A DNA stretch of 64,000 nucleotides from an uncultured Methylomirabilota bacterium (lineage in GTDB: Bacteria > Methylomirabilota > Methylomirabilia > Methylomirabilales > 2-02-FULL-66-22): the NCBI GenBank assembly GCA_963845565.1, contig CAWJSJ010000002.1, positions 2,432,001-2,496,000 on the forward strand. The letters run 5' to 3'. The notes below the pieces were generated by a model, which worked only from the letters and a program-made list of their open reading frames with translations, searched no databases and was not told the DNA's origin. The translations under genes were made by a program, and so were the position numbers. This document shows positions 32,957-43,237 of the stretch, in pieces. Numbering within the stretch: position 1 is the first letter of the stretch; the number at the start of each line of letters is the position of its first letter.

Positions 32957-34215
32957 TGGCGCCCCTCTTCGGCGGTGACGGCAGCGCGATGCGCGTGGAC
33001 TTCTCCCGACTGAGGCGAGACCTCGACGAACTCGGCGCGATCGGGCGGACCCCCGAGGGCGGCGTGTCGCGCCCTTCGTGGAGCGATGCCGACATGCAGG
33101 GCCGCCGGTGGCTACTCGACCGCATCGCGGCGGCGGGGCTCACGCCTCGGGTGGATGCTGCGGGCAACATTCTTGGTCGTTGGCAGCAGGGCGGTCCTGC
33201 GGTCCTGGTGGGTTCGCACCTGGATTCGGTGCCGAACGGCGGGGCGCTGGACGGGGCGCTGGGGGTCCTGGCCGGGCTCGAGTGCCTGCGGCGGATCAAG
33301 GAAACCGGAGTGCCCCTGCGTCACCCGGTAGAGCTGGTCGCGTTCACGGACGAGGAGGGGGCGTTCGGCGGCTTCTTCGGCAGCTATGCGTTCACCGGGT
33401 GCCTCGAGGCCAAGGACATCCCGGACCTCACGGATTCCGCGGGCGTCCGGATCATCGACGCCATGGCCCGGCACGGCGTGGATGCGCTGCAAGCCCCCAC
33501 GGCAAACCGGAGCCCAGAGGACATCCGGGCGTACGTGGAGCTGCACATCGAGCAGGGGCCGACGCTGGTCGCCAAGCAGGTTCCCATCGGCGTGGTGGAC
33601 GCCATCGTGGGTATCCGCCGCTTCGGCATCACCTTCCGGGGCCGGGCCGACCACGCGGGGACCACACCGATGACCGACCGGCGGGACGCCTTGCTGGGGG
33701 CGTCGGACCTGATCCAGCAGGGGCGTGAGCTGGTGCTTGCCGAAGGGACCCCGGCCAGCCGGCTGACGGTGGGCGTGCTGCAGGTCAAACCCGGCGCCGC
33801 CAACATCATTCCGGCAGAGGTCTATCTGAGCTACGAGCTCCGGGAAGTATCCGGCGCGATGCTTCGCACTCTGGCCGATCGATCGCGGGCATTGGCCGCG
33901 GACATCGCCACGGCGTGGGGGCTGACGGTGTCCATCGAGACGGTCATGGATGTCGAGCCGGTGCGGCTTGCCGACGAGGTCAAAGCCTGCATCGTGTCGG
34001 CCACAGAGGATCTCGGGATCAGACACCTGCGGCTCCCGGCCATGGCCGGCCACGATGCGCAGGTCGTGGGGCGCGTCGCCCCTGCGGGCATGATCTTCGT
34101 GCCGAGCAAGGACGGGCGCAGCCACTCGCCGCTGGAGTTCACCGCGGACGACGACCTCGAACGCGGAGCCAACGTGCTGCTGCTCACGCTCTTGAAGCTG
34201 GCTGGTACGACGTAG
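32953..34215 (+). CDS. M20 family amidohydrolase (allantoate amidohydrolase/N-carbamoylase-like)
   Basis: GSHLDSV..GG.LDG.LGV, DEEG, ELHIEQG, HAGTTPM, AGHDA. Confidence 0.9.
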   Translation: MMAPLFGGDGSAMRVDFSRLRRDLDELGAIGRTPEGGVSRPSWSDADMQGRRWLLDRIAAAGLTPRVDAAGNILGRWQQGGPAVLVGSHLDSVPNGGALDGALGVLAGLECLRRIKETGVPLRHPVELVAFTDEEGAFGGFFGSYAFTGCLEAKDIPDLTDSAGVRIIDAMARHGVDALQAPTANRSPEDIRAYVELHIEQGPTLVAKQVPIGVVDAIVGIRRFGITFRGRADHAGTTPMTDRRDALLGASDLIQQGRELVLAEGTPASRLTVGVLQVKPGAANIIPAEVYLSYELREVSGAMLRTLADRSRALAADIATAWGLTVSIETVMDVEPVRLADEVKACIVSATEDLGIRHLRLPAMAGHDAQVVGRVAPAGMIFVPSKDGRSHSPLEFTADDDLERGANVLLLTLLKLAGTT

Positions 34216-34229
34216 CCCAGGGTGCTTTC

Positions 34230-34721
34230 GTGGATCCGATCCTGATCGCCATCCATGCGCTGGTTGCGTGCCTGCTGCTTGCCGGTCTCGCCGGCTCCGT
34301 CCTGCCGTTCCTTCCCGGGACGCCGCTCATCTTTCTCGGCGCACTCGTCCACGCCCTGGCGACCGACTTCTCCCCGATCACTGCCGGGCGCCTGCTTGTC
34401 CTCGCCGGGTTAACGGCTTTCGCGTATCTGCTGGAATATGCCGGTGGGGCCCTGGGAGCCAAGACGTTTGGCGGCAGCGCGTGGGCGGTCGTGGGCGCGT
34501 TGGTCGGCGCCGTGGTGGGCCTCTTCTTTGGACCGCCCGGTCTCGTGATCGGACCCATGCTGGGGGCGGTGGCGGCGGAACTGCTCAAGAGCGGTGAGTT
34601 GCGACACAGCCTCAAGGCGGGTATCGGCGCGCTGGTCGGGCTGGTGCTTGGCCTATTCGCCCGTGTGACCCTGGCATTCGCGATGGTTGGCCTGTTCTTG
34701 TGGTGGCTGTGGGTGGCGTGA
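34230..34721 (+). CDS. DUF456 family membrane protein
   Basis: G..GSVLPFLPGTPLI, GAKTFGGS, GP.LGA..AE. Confidence 0.8.
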   Translation: MDPILIAIHALVACLLLAGLAGSVLPFLPGTPLIFLGALVHALATDFSPITAGRLLVLAGLTAFAYLLEYAGGALGAKTFGGSAWAVVGALVGAVVGLFFGPPGLVIGPMLGAVAAELLKSGELRHSLKAGIGALVGLVLGLFARVTLAFAMVGLFLWWLWVA

Positions 34722-34870
34722 AAATAGGCCCACGATCTTTCATCCGGCTCAGCCCCGCCCTTGCGGCGACCTCGTGGCCAGACAATCGCGGCGGGAAATC
34801 CGTCGGGAAACGACGATCCCGCGAGGCCTGCGCCCGACCCGCGATCACGGGCACGCCCAATCCGACCGCC

Positions 34871-34953
34871 TTCCAGTACACGGAACGGGGAACGATAGGA
34901 CAGGCTTCTATTACTACCGGGCGCGGTACTACGATCCGGCCCGGGGAGGGTTC
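34871..34953 (+). pseudogene. Frameshifted remnant of an RHS repeat-associated core
   Basis: FQYTER(gg)NDRTGFYYYRARYYDPARGGF versus canonical F.YTGRE.D.TGLYYYRARYYDP..GRF. Confidence 0.7.
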
Positions 34954-35243
34954 GCTTTCCTGCTCCGCTTGGGCGGCCAACCCACCGTCTCCGCACTGAC
35001 GTCGTGTCATTTTCTGCCGTCGCGATTGCAGGGTTTCCGGGTACGTGGCTGGCGGCTCGACCTCCCACCTTTCTAGAAAACCCTCAGTTCCAAAGGGATC
35101 CTGACGATTGACCAGGCCGGGACGACGGCGGTTCGCCCTGGAACGGCTATTGCATTTGTGGGCAGCCCGCGTATGGGAATTGCCGGGAAGTGAACGCGTC
35201 GGGGTGATACGAAACTCCAAGGAGCAGGTTGGGGGCAAAGCCG

Positions 35244-35741
35244 ATGTTGAAGACAGTCGTCGGGTTCATGACTCTCGTGGGGCTCTTGTTTCTTATCGGT
35301 TATGCGACCAGTGGCGCGCCGTCAGACCCCAACCTGACCGATCTTGGCCTTACGGCGTCCGCCGTTCGGGCGCAGAACGGCGCCTGGCTCATGCAGTTCG
35401 AGCTTCGGTATACCGGAGAGGCCCCCCTGGCGGTTGACGAACGGTCCCTCCCCTGGAAGAGCCCCAGGGAGCTTCTGATCGAGGCCTTTCAGTTGAACCC
35501 CGCCGGCACTCGCCTGGCACGCCCCGAGTCGCGTACGCGGGACCTTCCTCGGGCCTCGCTGACGCTGAATCCTGGCGACACGGTGTCGGGGCAGGTAAAT
35601 CTGTCCGCCAGACTTCCGGAGCTTGCCGCGGCTATCCAGGAGAGTGATGTGGTCCTGTTCTGGAGCCATCAAATAAGATCGGCTGACAGCCAGGTCCTGC
35701 CCCGGTTGAACGGAGGAGTCGTCATTCCGAAACAGAATTAA
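35244..35741 (+). CDS. Hypothetical exported or membrane-anchored protein
   Basis: N-terminal hydrophobic segment; predicted beta-rich remainder. Confidence 0.65.
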   Translation: MLKTVVGFMTLVGLLFLIGYATSGAPSDPNLTDLGLTASAVRAQNGAWLMQFELRYTGEAPLAVDERSLPWKSPRELLIEAFQLNPAGTRLARPESRTRDLPRASLTLNPGDTVSGQVNLSARLPELAAAIQESDVVLFWSHQIRSADSQVLPRLNGGVVIPKQN

Positions 35742-35779
35742 GCTGCCCGCCTGGCCCTCTGCCAGGTGGATGACTTCAC

Positions 35780-35818
35780 GGGGTGCCGGCGGGGAACCGA
35801 CCGGCACCCCATTTCTTT
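35780..35818 (+). terminator. Probable intrinsic terminator
   Basis: GGGGTGCCGG...CCGGCACCCC followed by ATTTCTTT. Confidence 0.6.
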
Positions 35819-36147
35819 CGCCAGACCCACCGATTCTCTTGCCGACGTCCGATCGTTCCATTCCTACCGGGATCGAGCAGGGATTCGACCAGCCACGACT
35901 ACCTGTGCCGAAAGTGTCCCGGTTGGCGCCAGACAAAAACACGGCGGGGACGCCTGCCTCCCCGAAGTTGGAGTCGCCACGCGCCGGCAGGCCGGATTTG
36001 GCATTGACAGCCGATCCGGGACGCCCCATCTTTGTTGTATAGGTGCAGGGCACGAGTCGGTCGCTGACGCGGGCAGAGGGAGCGTCGGTTGGGGGGTCGG
36101 GCTTCGGCGGCGGCGGGTTCCCACAGATAACGGGAAGGAGGACGACC

Positions 36148-36972
36148 ATGTCCATCATTGCCATTTCCCGGGGGACGTTCAGCGGTGGGGAGGCGGTCGC
36201 AAAGGGCGTGGCCGATCGGTTGGGCTACCGGTGTGTGAGCCGAGAGGTGGTCCTGGAGGCGGCCTGGGCATACGGTATCCCGGCCGAGGAGTTGATTGAT
36301 GCGATGGAGAAGCGCCCGCCGCTCTGGCAGCGGCTGACCGGCGAGCGGAGTGACCACATCACCTTCGTGCGGGCCGCGCTGTGCGAGAACGCGCGCGGCG
36401 GCAAGGCGGTCTATCACGGGTACGTCGGGCATCTCTTCCTGCCGGGCGTCAGCCACGTCATCGGCGTGCGGGTGATCGCCGACATGGAGTATCGCACCCG
36501 GGCGGCGATGCAGCAGCGGAACCTCACGCGCAAGGAGGCGGTGAGTTACATCGAGACGGTGGACAAAGAGCGGCGGCAATGGACCCGATTCCTGTTCGAC
36601 GTGGACTGGGACGATCCGTCCCTTTACGACGTGGTCCTGAATCTCGGCCGCATGAGCATCGCCACCGCATGCGACACGGTCGTTCACCTGACCGAGCGGG
36701 ATGAGTTCAAGCCCACCGCGGACTCCATGCGGGCGATGCAGAACCTCACGCTCGGCAGTCAGGCGGCGGCGGTGCTGGCGCGGGATCCCCGCACGCGAGG
36801 CGCCGTCGTGCAGGTGATCGCGAACGATGGCGTGGTGACCGTTACCGGAACCACCCAGTCGCCGTCGGTGTTGGACGCTATCCCTGGGGTGGCGCGCCAG
36901 GTCGAGGGGGTGACGGACGTCAGGAACGAGGTGCGGTTCCTCCGGGAGGGGGCGGCCGGGGCACCGGACTGA
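36148..36972 (+). CDS. Cytidylate kinase-like protein with C-terminal BON domain
   Basis: IIAISRGTFSGG, DPSLYDVVLN; BON GVVTVTG...VEGVTDVRNE; AAGGAGG RBS. Confidence 0.85.
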   Translation: MSIIAISRGTFSGGEAVAKGVADRLGYRCVSREVVLEAAWAYGIPAEELIDAMEKRPPLWQRLTGERSDHITFVRAALCENARGGKAVYHGYVGHLFLPGVSHVIGVRVIADMEYRTRAAMQQRNLTRKEAVSYIETVDKERRQWTRFLFDVDWDDPSLYDVVLNLGRMSIATACDTVVHLTERDEFKPTADSMRAMQNLTLGSQAAAVLARDPRTRGAVVQVIANDGVVTVTGTTQSPSVLDAIPGVARQVEGVTDVRNEVRFLREGAAGAPD

Positions 36973-36976
36973 CGGG

Positions 36977-37082
36977 TTAGGAGCCGTTACGAAATAACCT
37001 ATACATCTCTTTCTATTTCGTTACGGCTCCTTATGCCGTTTCGGAATGTTTCCGCTCAACTGATTCTTTGACAACGGTTTAC
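36977..37082 (+). repeat. MITE-like repeat family A, copy 4
   Basis: Near-identical to the other copies; terminal TTA is the DinB gene stop codon. Confidence 0.9.
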
Positions 37083-37549
37083 CGTGCGGCGGCCCTGGCC
37101 CGGCGGATCTGGTCCGCGTGGTTATGGGCGTGCTCTGCGTAGATTTCGAGCCACCGCTCGACCGTGTACCGCCCGCTGTCGCTGTGGGTGCCCTCGCGGG
37201 TCCAGTCCGTCTCGGTCAGGTGATCGAGGATCTCCGCTGTCGTCTGGCGGGCGGCCCGAAAGGCATCCAGCGATGCCTGAATGGGTCGGGTGTAATGCAG
37301 ACGGCGTGCGTACTCCTCCTGGTCATACGCCTGAATCATCGGGCGGTCCTCGGCGAGCAATCGCCGCAGGCGGATGGCCGAAGTCATCTCGCTGTCGGCG
37401 AGGTGATGGACGATCTCCCGGGCAGACCACCTGCCCGGCGCCGGTCTGGCGTCCAGTTCCCGGTCCGAGATCCCCCGTAGCGCGTCGCTGACGACGCGGT
37501 ATCCCTCCCGGTACTTCTCGACCAGGGCCTGCCGACTCTTGCTGTCCAT
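37079..37549 (-). CDS. DinB family protein
   Basis: GRWSAREIVHHLADSE, HAHNHADQI. Confidence 0.88.
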   Translation of the reverse strand: MDSKSRQALVEKYREGYRVVSDALRGISDRELDARPAPGRWSAREIVHHLADSEMTSAIRLRRLLAEDRPMIQAYDQEEYARRLHYTRPIQASLDAFRAARQTTAEILDHLTETDWTREGTHSDSGRYTVERWLEIYAEHAHNHADQIRRARAAAR

Positions 37550-37659
37550 GTATCGCCCTCACAGCGTCGGACGCGATGACCACCTGCCCGGCGCCTTCCC
37601 GCGCACGTGGCCATCGCGTCCCTGGTGCGTTAATTGGACGCGCTACTTCGGAACGGCTC

Positions 37660-37819
37660 CTAACAGGATGCTGAAAAACACGCTTTTGCTCAGGCTGCTC
37701 AAAAAGGTCCAGATGCAAGGCGGCGCGCGATGCGTGGTGCGAGGCGTACTTACGCGTACGTCGCAGCGCCGCGCGAGCGTGCCAACGCGGCAGATGGGCC
37801 TTTTTCAGCAGCCTGCTAA
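37660..37819 (+). repeat. MITE-like repeat family B, copy 1
   Basis: CTAA-CAGGATGCTGAAAAA...TTTTTCAGCAGCCTG-CTAA: 15-bp TIR with 4-bp direct repeat. Confidence 0.88.
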
Positions 37820-38791
37820 GGGATCAGGACGATTTTCCCATAGGCACCCGGCGCCAGGACCTGGACGTGGGCCTTAGCCGCCTCGCGCAGCGGGAAGCTC
37901 CGTGCCGACCACCGGCTTCAGGACGCCGCCCGCCAGGCCGGCGCCGATGGCGGCGTGGAGCGAGGCCAGTTCCCGGTCGCTGGAGTTCCAGAGGGCCATG
38001 CCCAGGACGGTGGCTTCGCGGCCCATGGCGTCGCGGGGATTGATCTCGATCGTGCCGCGGTTGCCGATGACGACCACGCGGCCGTACTTGGCGACCACGG
38101 TGAGGTCCTTGGCCAGATTGACGTTGGCCAGCATCTCCAGGATGACATCGGCGCCGCGACCCTCGGTCAGCGTCATCAGCTCGTCCAGGTAGTCCGGTTT
38201 GGTGTGGTCGAGCACGTGCTGGGCGCCCTGCTGGGTGACGAGCGTGCGACCGCGCTCACTTCCCGCCGTTCCGATGATCCGCAACCCATGAGCGCGGCCA
38301 AGCTGGATGGCCGCGATGCCCACGCCGCCGCTGGCCCCATGGATGAAGAGCGTCTCCCCCGGGATGGCGCGGGCCTTGTGGTGCAGCGCCCGGGCTGCGG
38401 TCGCGTAGTTCACGCCCACGGCCGCCCCCTGCGCAAAGCTGAGTGGTGCCGGGAGAGGACACACCAGATCGGCGTCGCACGCCAGTAATTCCGCGTAGCA
38501 GCCGTTCAGCAGGCGCGCGTTTCCGCCCGCGGTGTAGACGCGGTCGCCAACCTTCACGCGCTGCACGCCCGCCGCGACGGCCTCGATGACTCCGGCCGCA
38601 TCGCCGCCGGGAATGTAGGGCATGGCGGGCATGTGCGCGTATCGCCCTGCCCGGATGTAGGTGTCCACCGGATTGACGCCGGCAGCCTTGATCCGGATCA
38701 GGACTTGCCCGGGTTTCAGCTGCGGGTCGGGCGCATCTTCGTACTGGAGCACGTCGGGTTCGCCCGGTTTGTGAACGCGAATCGCTTTCAT
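37816..38791 (-). CDS. NADPH:quinone reductase (zeta-crystallin-like), 1-nt frameshift near 37893
   Basis: GVNPVDTYIRAG, IHGASGGVG; expected C-terminus LREAAKAHVQVLAPGAYGKIVLIP is in the next frame. Confidence 0.85.
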
Positions 38792-38822
38792 GGTCGCATC
38801 CTCCTTGGTTGGTGCGCTGCCT

Positions 38823-39518
38823 CTACGGTAGGGGTCCGGTCAATCGCCGCACGCTTTCGTCGACGTCGGCGAAGCTCGCAAACAGGAGATCCGGGCGGGT
38901 CGCCTCCAATTCTTCCACCGAGTGCTGTCCGGTGGCGACGGCGACCGCGACGCAGCCCGAGGCCCTGGCGCAGTCCACGTCCAGCGGGGTGTCCCCGATG
39001 ATGACGATCTCCCGGAAGGGGACCTCCAGGCCGAGGAGGTCTTGGGCACGCTTGCGGGCGATGGCCGGCAACCGGCGCCGGTCGCTCTCGTCGGAGCCGT
39101 AGGCTGCCACGCGAAAGCAGGAAGCGAGGCCCGTGGGCTTGAGCTTCACGTTGGCGCCGCCCTCGACGTTCCCCGTCAGGATCCCGACCGCGGCATCCGG
39201 CGCGCGACCCAGCCGGCGGACCAGATCCGGAATCCCCGGCAGGACCGTCACGGGGTGGCCGTTGGAGAGCCGGGCATCCAGCAGTCGGACGTAGGTCTCG
39301 AAGCAGGACGGCAGCTTCTGGCGAATGGTCTCGTCGGACATCCCGGCGGCGCGAAGAACGTCCCGAACGATCAAGGGATCGGTTTTGCCGCGCCAGTCGT
39401 ACCCTGCAGGATCACCGGCGGTTCCGAAGACCGCTTGCATGGCCCCGACCAGCGAATGATACCCAGCCCGGTGGGCGTCCAGGAGCGTGCCGTCAATGTC
39501 GAACAGGAACAGACGCAT
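38823..39518 (-). CDS. HAD family hydrolase (phosphoglycolate phosphatase-like)
   Basis: LFDIDGTL, GKTD, LTGN, IGDTPLD. Confidence 0.9.
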   Translation of the reverse strand: MRLFLFDIDGTLLDAHRAGYHSLVGAMQAVFGTAGDPAGYDWRGKTDPLIVRDVLRAAGMSDETIRQKLPSCFETYVRLLDARLSNGHPVTVLPGIPDLVRRLGRAPDAAVGILTGNVEGGANVKLKPTGLASCFRVAAYGSDESDRRRLPAIARKRAQDLLGLEVPFREIVIIGDTPLDVDCARASGCVAVAVATGQHSVEELEATRPDLLFASFADVDESVRRLTGPLP

Positions 39519-39606
39519 GAGTCACCCTCGAACAACGTAGAAATAGGCAATGCGGCAATTCGGATTACCCGGTTGTCCGGGTACTGGATCGCGTGGTCCT
39601 CGAAGC

Positions 39607-39763
39607 CTAGCAGAATGCAAAAAGCCGCTTTCCCCAGGCTGCTCAAAAAGGCCAAGATGCAAGGCGGAGTGCCGCAGCCTGAGCGAGGCGTACTGGAAGT
39701 ACGTCGCAGCGAGCGGCGAGGCGCGCCAACGCAGCAGATGGGCCTTTTTCAGCAGCCTGCTAA
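39607..39763 (+). repeat. MITE-like repeat family B, copy 2
   Basis: Core CAGGCTGCTCAAAAAGG..AGATGCAAGGCGG...GCAGATGGGCCTTTTTCAGCAGCCTG; CTAG/CTAA flanks. Confidence 0.88.
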
Positions 39764-40602
39764 TGCATCACGGAGCCACCCGCGACATTGATAGCCTGAC
39801 CCGTAAGGTATTCCGCGCCGTCGGATACCAGAAACGCGACCACCTCGGCCACGTCCTCGGGCCGGGTGAGGCGCCCAAGCGGATTCAGCGCCCCGCGACG
39901 GCGGATCTCCGCGGCGCGCGCCTCTTCGTCGTAGGTTCCGTCCGTCCGCCGACCGAGATAATCCAGCCGCTCCGAGTCCACACCGCCCGGGCAGACGGCG
40001 TTGACGGTGATCCCGGCGGGCGCCAGTTCCATCGCCAGGGATTGCGTGAATCCGACCAGACCGAACTTGGAGGCGCAGTAGGCCGCCAGGTTCGCGGTGC
40101 CCACCTTGGCCCGGTCGGAGGCGATGTTCACGATTCGGCCGTGGAGGTTCCGCTGGAGCATGGTGCGGGCCACCGCCTTCGACACCAGGAAGGTTCCCTT
40201 CAGGTTCGTGTCCAGCACGGTGTCCCAGGCCTCCTCCGGCAAGTCCACAACCGGGACGCGGTCCGCTCCCGGTGGGGCGGCGGCATTGTTGACGAGGATG
40301 TCGATCCGGCCAAAGGCGGCCAGGGCCTCGGCGATGACGTCGTCGATCTGACGAGCCGAGCGGATGTCCAGGAGGCCGACGATCGCACGGCGGCCCAACG
40401 CCTGGATCTCGGCGGCAACGGCGGGGAGGCCGCCCCACCGCCCGATCGGCTTGGCGGCGAGAACCTGCGTGCCCTTCGGAGCGATGTCGGTGAGCACCAG
40501 ATCGGCCCCGTCGTCCGCCAGTCGGCGGGCAATTCCGCGGCCGAGGCCGCGTTCGCCGCCACAGCCCGTGATCATGGCCACCTTGCCCTGCAGGCCCGTC
40601 AT
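39760..40602 (-). CDS. SDR oxidoreductase
   Basis: TGCGGERGLG, NNAA, AYCASK, YLTGQAINVAGG. Confidence 0.9.
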   Translation of the reverse strand: MTGLQGKVAMITGCGGERGLGRGIARRLADDGADLVLTDIAPKGTQVLAAKPIGRWGGLPAVAAEIQALGRRAIVGLLDIRSARQIDDVIAEALAAFGRIDILVNNAAAPPGADRVPVVDLPEEAWDTVLDTNLKGTFLVSKAVARTMLQRNLHGRIVNIASDRAKVGTANLAAYCASKFGLVGFTQSLAMELAPAGITVNAVCPGGVDSERLDYLGRRTDGTYDEEARAAEIRRRGALNPLGRLTRPEDVAEVVAFLVSDGAEYLTGQAINVAGGSVMH

Positions 40603-41771
40603 TGTCGTCCCCGGCGGCGCCGGCCGGAATCCTCGCCCGGCGCTCCGCCCGTTCCTTCCTGCGCAGTTTCTACCTTGGTAACGGGCGCCTGTCCAGTTGC
40701 GCGATCGGCCGGCGTCTTTACATACGTCCGGGTGAGGTAGGCCACGATCTGGTCAAGAGCAGCCTGGTCCGCCCCCAGGCCGTTGTCCACCATCCGGGCG
40801 ACCAGATCCCTGGCCGCAGCCTCCGATGCCGGCGGCGCCTGCTCCACGCTGTTCAGCGAGTGGCAGCCGTTACAGGTGGTTTCGAAAACTGCCTTGGCCT
40901 TGGCCAGGTCGGCGGTCTCGCGCGGCGGCGCCGCCGGGATTCTGGAGGGTGCGGCGGGCGTCTTGACGGTCGTCGGGCGCACCTGCACGCGCTCCTGCTG
41001 TCGCTTGAGCTGGACGGACTTCTGGAGATCCGGGGAGATGGCGACCAGATAGGCCGTGGCGTACCACTGCTCCATCTCCGAGATCGGGTCAAAGACCGAG
41101 CGCTCCGCCATCCGCCTCACGAGATCCACCCAGTTCTCTGGCGTTCGCGGTTTGGCCAGGATCGTGCGCAGGTCGTGGCACTGGACGCACTTGCGGAGCA
41201 GGACGCCGCGCCCCTGGCTGAGGCCGGAGGGACTGGCGATCTGCTGGAGCGGGATGTCGGCGGGAAGGCCGGCCCCGGGCAGGAGCGCTTTCACGCGCTC
41301 GACGCCTCGATCGCCGAGTGCCGTTCCCCCCGTCGTGTGGCGGCTCATGTACACCTCGCGGAGCGCCAGGGGGGCGGACAACCCGATCAGAATCGTGGTG
41401 CAGACGAACAGGATGATGCCGAGCAGGGGCGCGGTACTCGACTCCAGATGCCGGAAGACGCGGACGATCAGGATCTTCACAAAGAGCACGGCGCCGATGG
41501 CCAGGCCCATGACGAGGTGCGCCACCGTCCGCGCGGGCAGTTCGACCTGGTACGCCCACAGCCGTGGCACCATCTGGAGCATGAGGGACAGGTAGATGGC
41601 CAAAAAGACGTACCCCAGGACTCGGTGGAGCAGCATGAGCGATCGCGGGGCGGAACTGACCAGGCGCTCATGGTCGAAGGGGTAGCCCCACAGCTTGAAC
41701 ATCAAGAGGACGTTGGCCAAGCCGACCACCCAGAACGCAATCCCGAGAACGGTGTTTTCCAGTGTTCCCAT
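40599..41771 (-). CDS. Membrane protein with 4 N-terminal TMs and two c-type heme motifs
   Basis: TM His residues (LLHRVLG, VAHLVMG); CVQCH and CNGCH. Confidence 0.8.
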   Translation of the reverse strand: MGTLENTVLGIAFWVVGLANVLLMFKLWGYPFDHERLVSSAPRSLMLLHRVLGYVFLAIYLSLMLQMVPRLWAYQVELPARTVAHLVMGLAIGAVLFVKILIVRVFRHLESSTAPLLGIILFVCTTILIGLSAPLALREVYMSRHTTGGTALGDRGVERVKALLPGAGLPADIPLQQIASPSGLSQGRGVLLRKCVQCHDLRTILAKPRTPENWVDLVRRMAERSVFDPISEMEQWYATAYLVAISPDLQKSVQLKRQQERVQVRPTTVKTPAAPSRIPAAPPRETADLAKAKAVFETTCNGCHSLNSVEQAPPASEAAARDLVARMVDNGLGADQAALDQIVAYLTRTYVKTPADRATGQAPVTKVETAQEGTGGAPGEDSGRRRRGRQ

Positions 41772-41784
41772 GCCTACCTCGATG

Positions 41785-41960
41785 CTACCAGGCTACTGAA
41801 AAAGGCCCATCTGCGGCGTTGTCTCGCCTCGCCACTCGCTGCGACGTACTTCCAGTACGCCTTGGCCCATCTGCGATGGGCACCCCGTCTCTGGCTCGCC
41901 GCCTTGCATCTGGGCCTTTTTGAGTAGCCCGGGCGAGAACGCGTCCTTCAAGACTCCGCT
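41785..41960 (-). repeat. MITE-like repeat family B, copy 3 (reverse, degenerate)
   Basis: CAGGCTACTGAAAAAGGCCCATCTGC...CTTGCATCTGGGCCTTTTTGAGTAGCC. Confidence 0.82.
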
Positions 41961-42018
41961 CGAGTCGCCGGTGTGAATCTGCGCAATCTGCGTAATCTGT
42001 GGATAAATCCCGTCGGGC

Positions 42019-43167
42019 CTACACGGGCTTGACGTGTTTCAGCGCCTCGAACATCGCCACGATGTTCTGGGGCGGAACCTCCGCCTGGATGTTGTGGACG
42101 GACGCCGGGATGTAGCCGGGGCGCAGGTCGCCGACGCGCCGCGCGACCTCGGCGCGAACTTCGTCCGGCGTGCCCTTGGGGAGCACCCGCTGGGTATCGA
42201 TAGCGCCCCAGAAGACGAGATGCTTGCCGAACTCGCGCCGGAGCCGCGCCGTATCCATGTCCGCCGCCGCGACCTGCACCGGGTTCAGGACCTGGACGCC
42301 GACGTCGATGAAATCCGGGATCAGGGCGTAGACAGACCCGCAGCTGTGGAACGCGATCTTGGCCGGGGAGCGATCCCGCAGAAACTGGATCAGGCGCGCC
42401 ATCCGCGGCTTGAAGATCGTCCGGAAGGTGGCGGGAGAGATCAGGGGGCCCGTCTGGATGCCATAGTCGTCCGCCAGGTAGAGGATGTCCACGGCATTTC
42501 CGACGGCCTTCAGGGTCTCCTCGGCCATGGCGAGCTGGATCTCCAGGGTGCGATCCAGCAACGCCTCGCAGAACTCGGGATTGATCTTGAGCTGCACGAG
42601 CCAGTTCTCGAAGCCGCACATGAACTGTCCGACGGAAAAGATCCGCCCGGGGACGTGGACCACCAGCGCGCAATCCGTCTCGCGGCGAAGGCGCTCCGTC
42701 TCCCGGCGAAGACCGACAGCATCGGTCTTGGCCCGCGAAGGCCACGAATGCGCATCCAGATCCGCCAGTGTCAAGTCCTCCTTGTCAAACGGGGCGTGCG
42801 TCACATAGTAGTGCCCGTGCGGGGGGCGCCGCCGTACCACACCCCACGCATCCGTGAACTCCGCCTCCTTCTCATGGGCCGCCTCGTCAAAAATGCCGCG
42901 GGTGCCGGAGTCTTCCGGCGTCTGGGCGACGACCAGCCGCAGGTCCACATCGAACCGCTCCAAGATCGCGTCATCCGGCCAGGCGAGGAGGGAGCGCTCG
43001 CTCTGGACGCGCACCGCCCCCGGGACGCCGAGGTGCGCCTTCAGGGCCTGGTACGCGTACAGATTGATGCCGCTGGCCGGGCACCCCCCGAGATCGATGG
43101 GCAGACGGTCCGGTGTCTCGTGGTTGAGGACGGTCAGAACGCGATCGCGATGCGAGAGAACGCTCAT
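42019..43167 (-). CDS. Uroporphyrinogen decarboxylase/MtaA-CmuA family protein
   Basis: HETPDRLPIDLGG, DAWGV, DDYG.Q, FHSCGS, LNPVQ, FWGAIDTQ, HNIQ. Confidence 0.88.
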   Translation of the reverse strand: MSVLSHRDRVLTVLNHETPDRLPIDLGGCPASGINLYAYQALKAHLGVPGAVRVQSERSLLAWPDDAILERFDVDLRLVVAQTPEDSGTRGIFDEAAHEKEAEFTDAWGVVRRRPPHGHYYVTHAPFDKEDLTLADLDAHSWPSRAKTDAVGLRRETERLRRETDCALVVHVPGRIFSVGQFMCGFENWLVQLKINPEFCEALLDRTLEIQLAMAEETLKAVGNAVDILYLADDYGIQTGPLISPATFRTIFKPRMARLIQFLRDRSPAKIAFHSCGSVYALIPDFIDVGVQVLNPVQVAAADMDTARLRREFGKHLVFWGAIDTQRVLPKGTPDEVRAEVARRVGDLRPGYIPASVHNIQAEVPPQNIVAMFEALKHVKPV

Positions 43168-43237
43168 GGATTGACCTCCGTTGGGCACGGGAGAATGTTG
43201 TTTCTCCCCGGGACTATAGTGAAGCGAGGCGCGGTGG

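Noticed and set aside
37539..37877. Small ORFs containing LLKKVQMQGG or LLKKAHLRR (also near 39550, 45146 and 61683)
   Set aside because: These are translations of repeat family B, not genes.
37874..37900. Programmed frameshifting in the quinone reductase or the MDR gene
   Set aside because: Single-base indels at or beside short C runs with no slippery heptamer or stimulator; sequencing error or a recent mutation is more likely.
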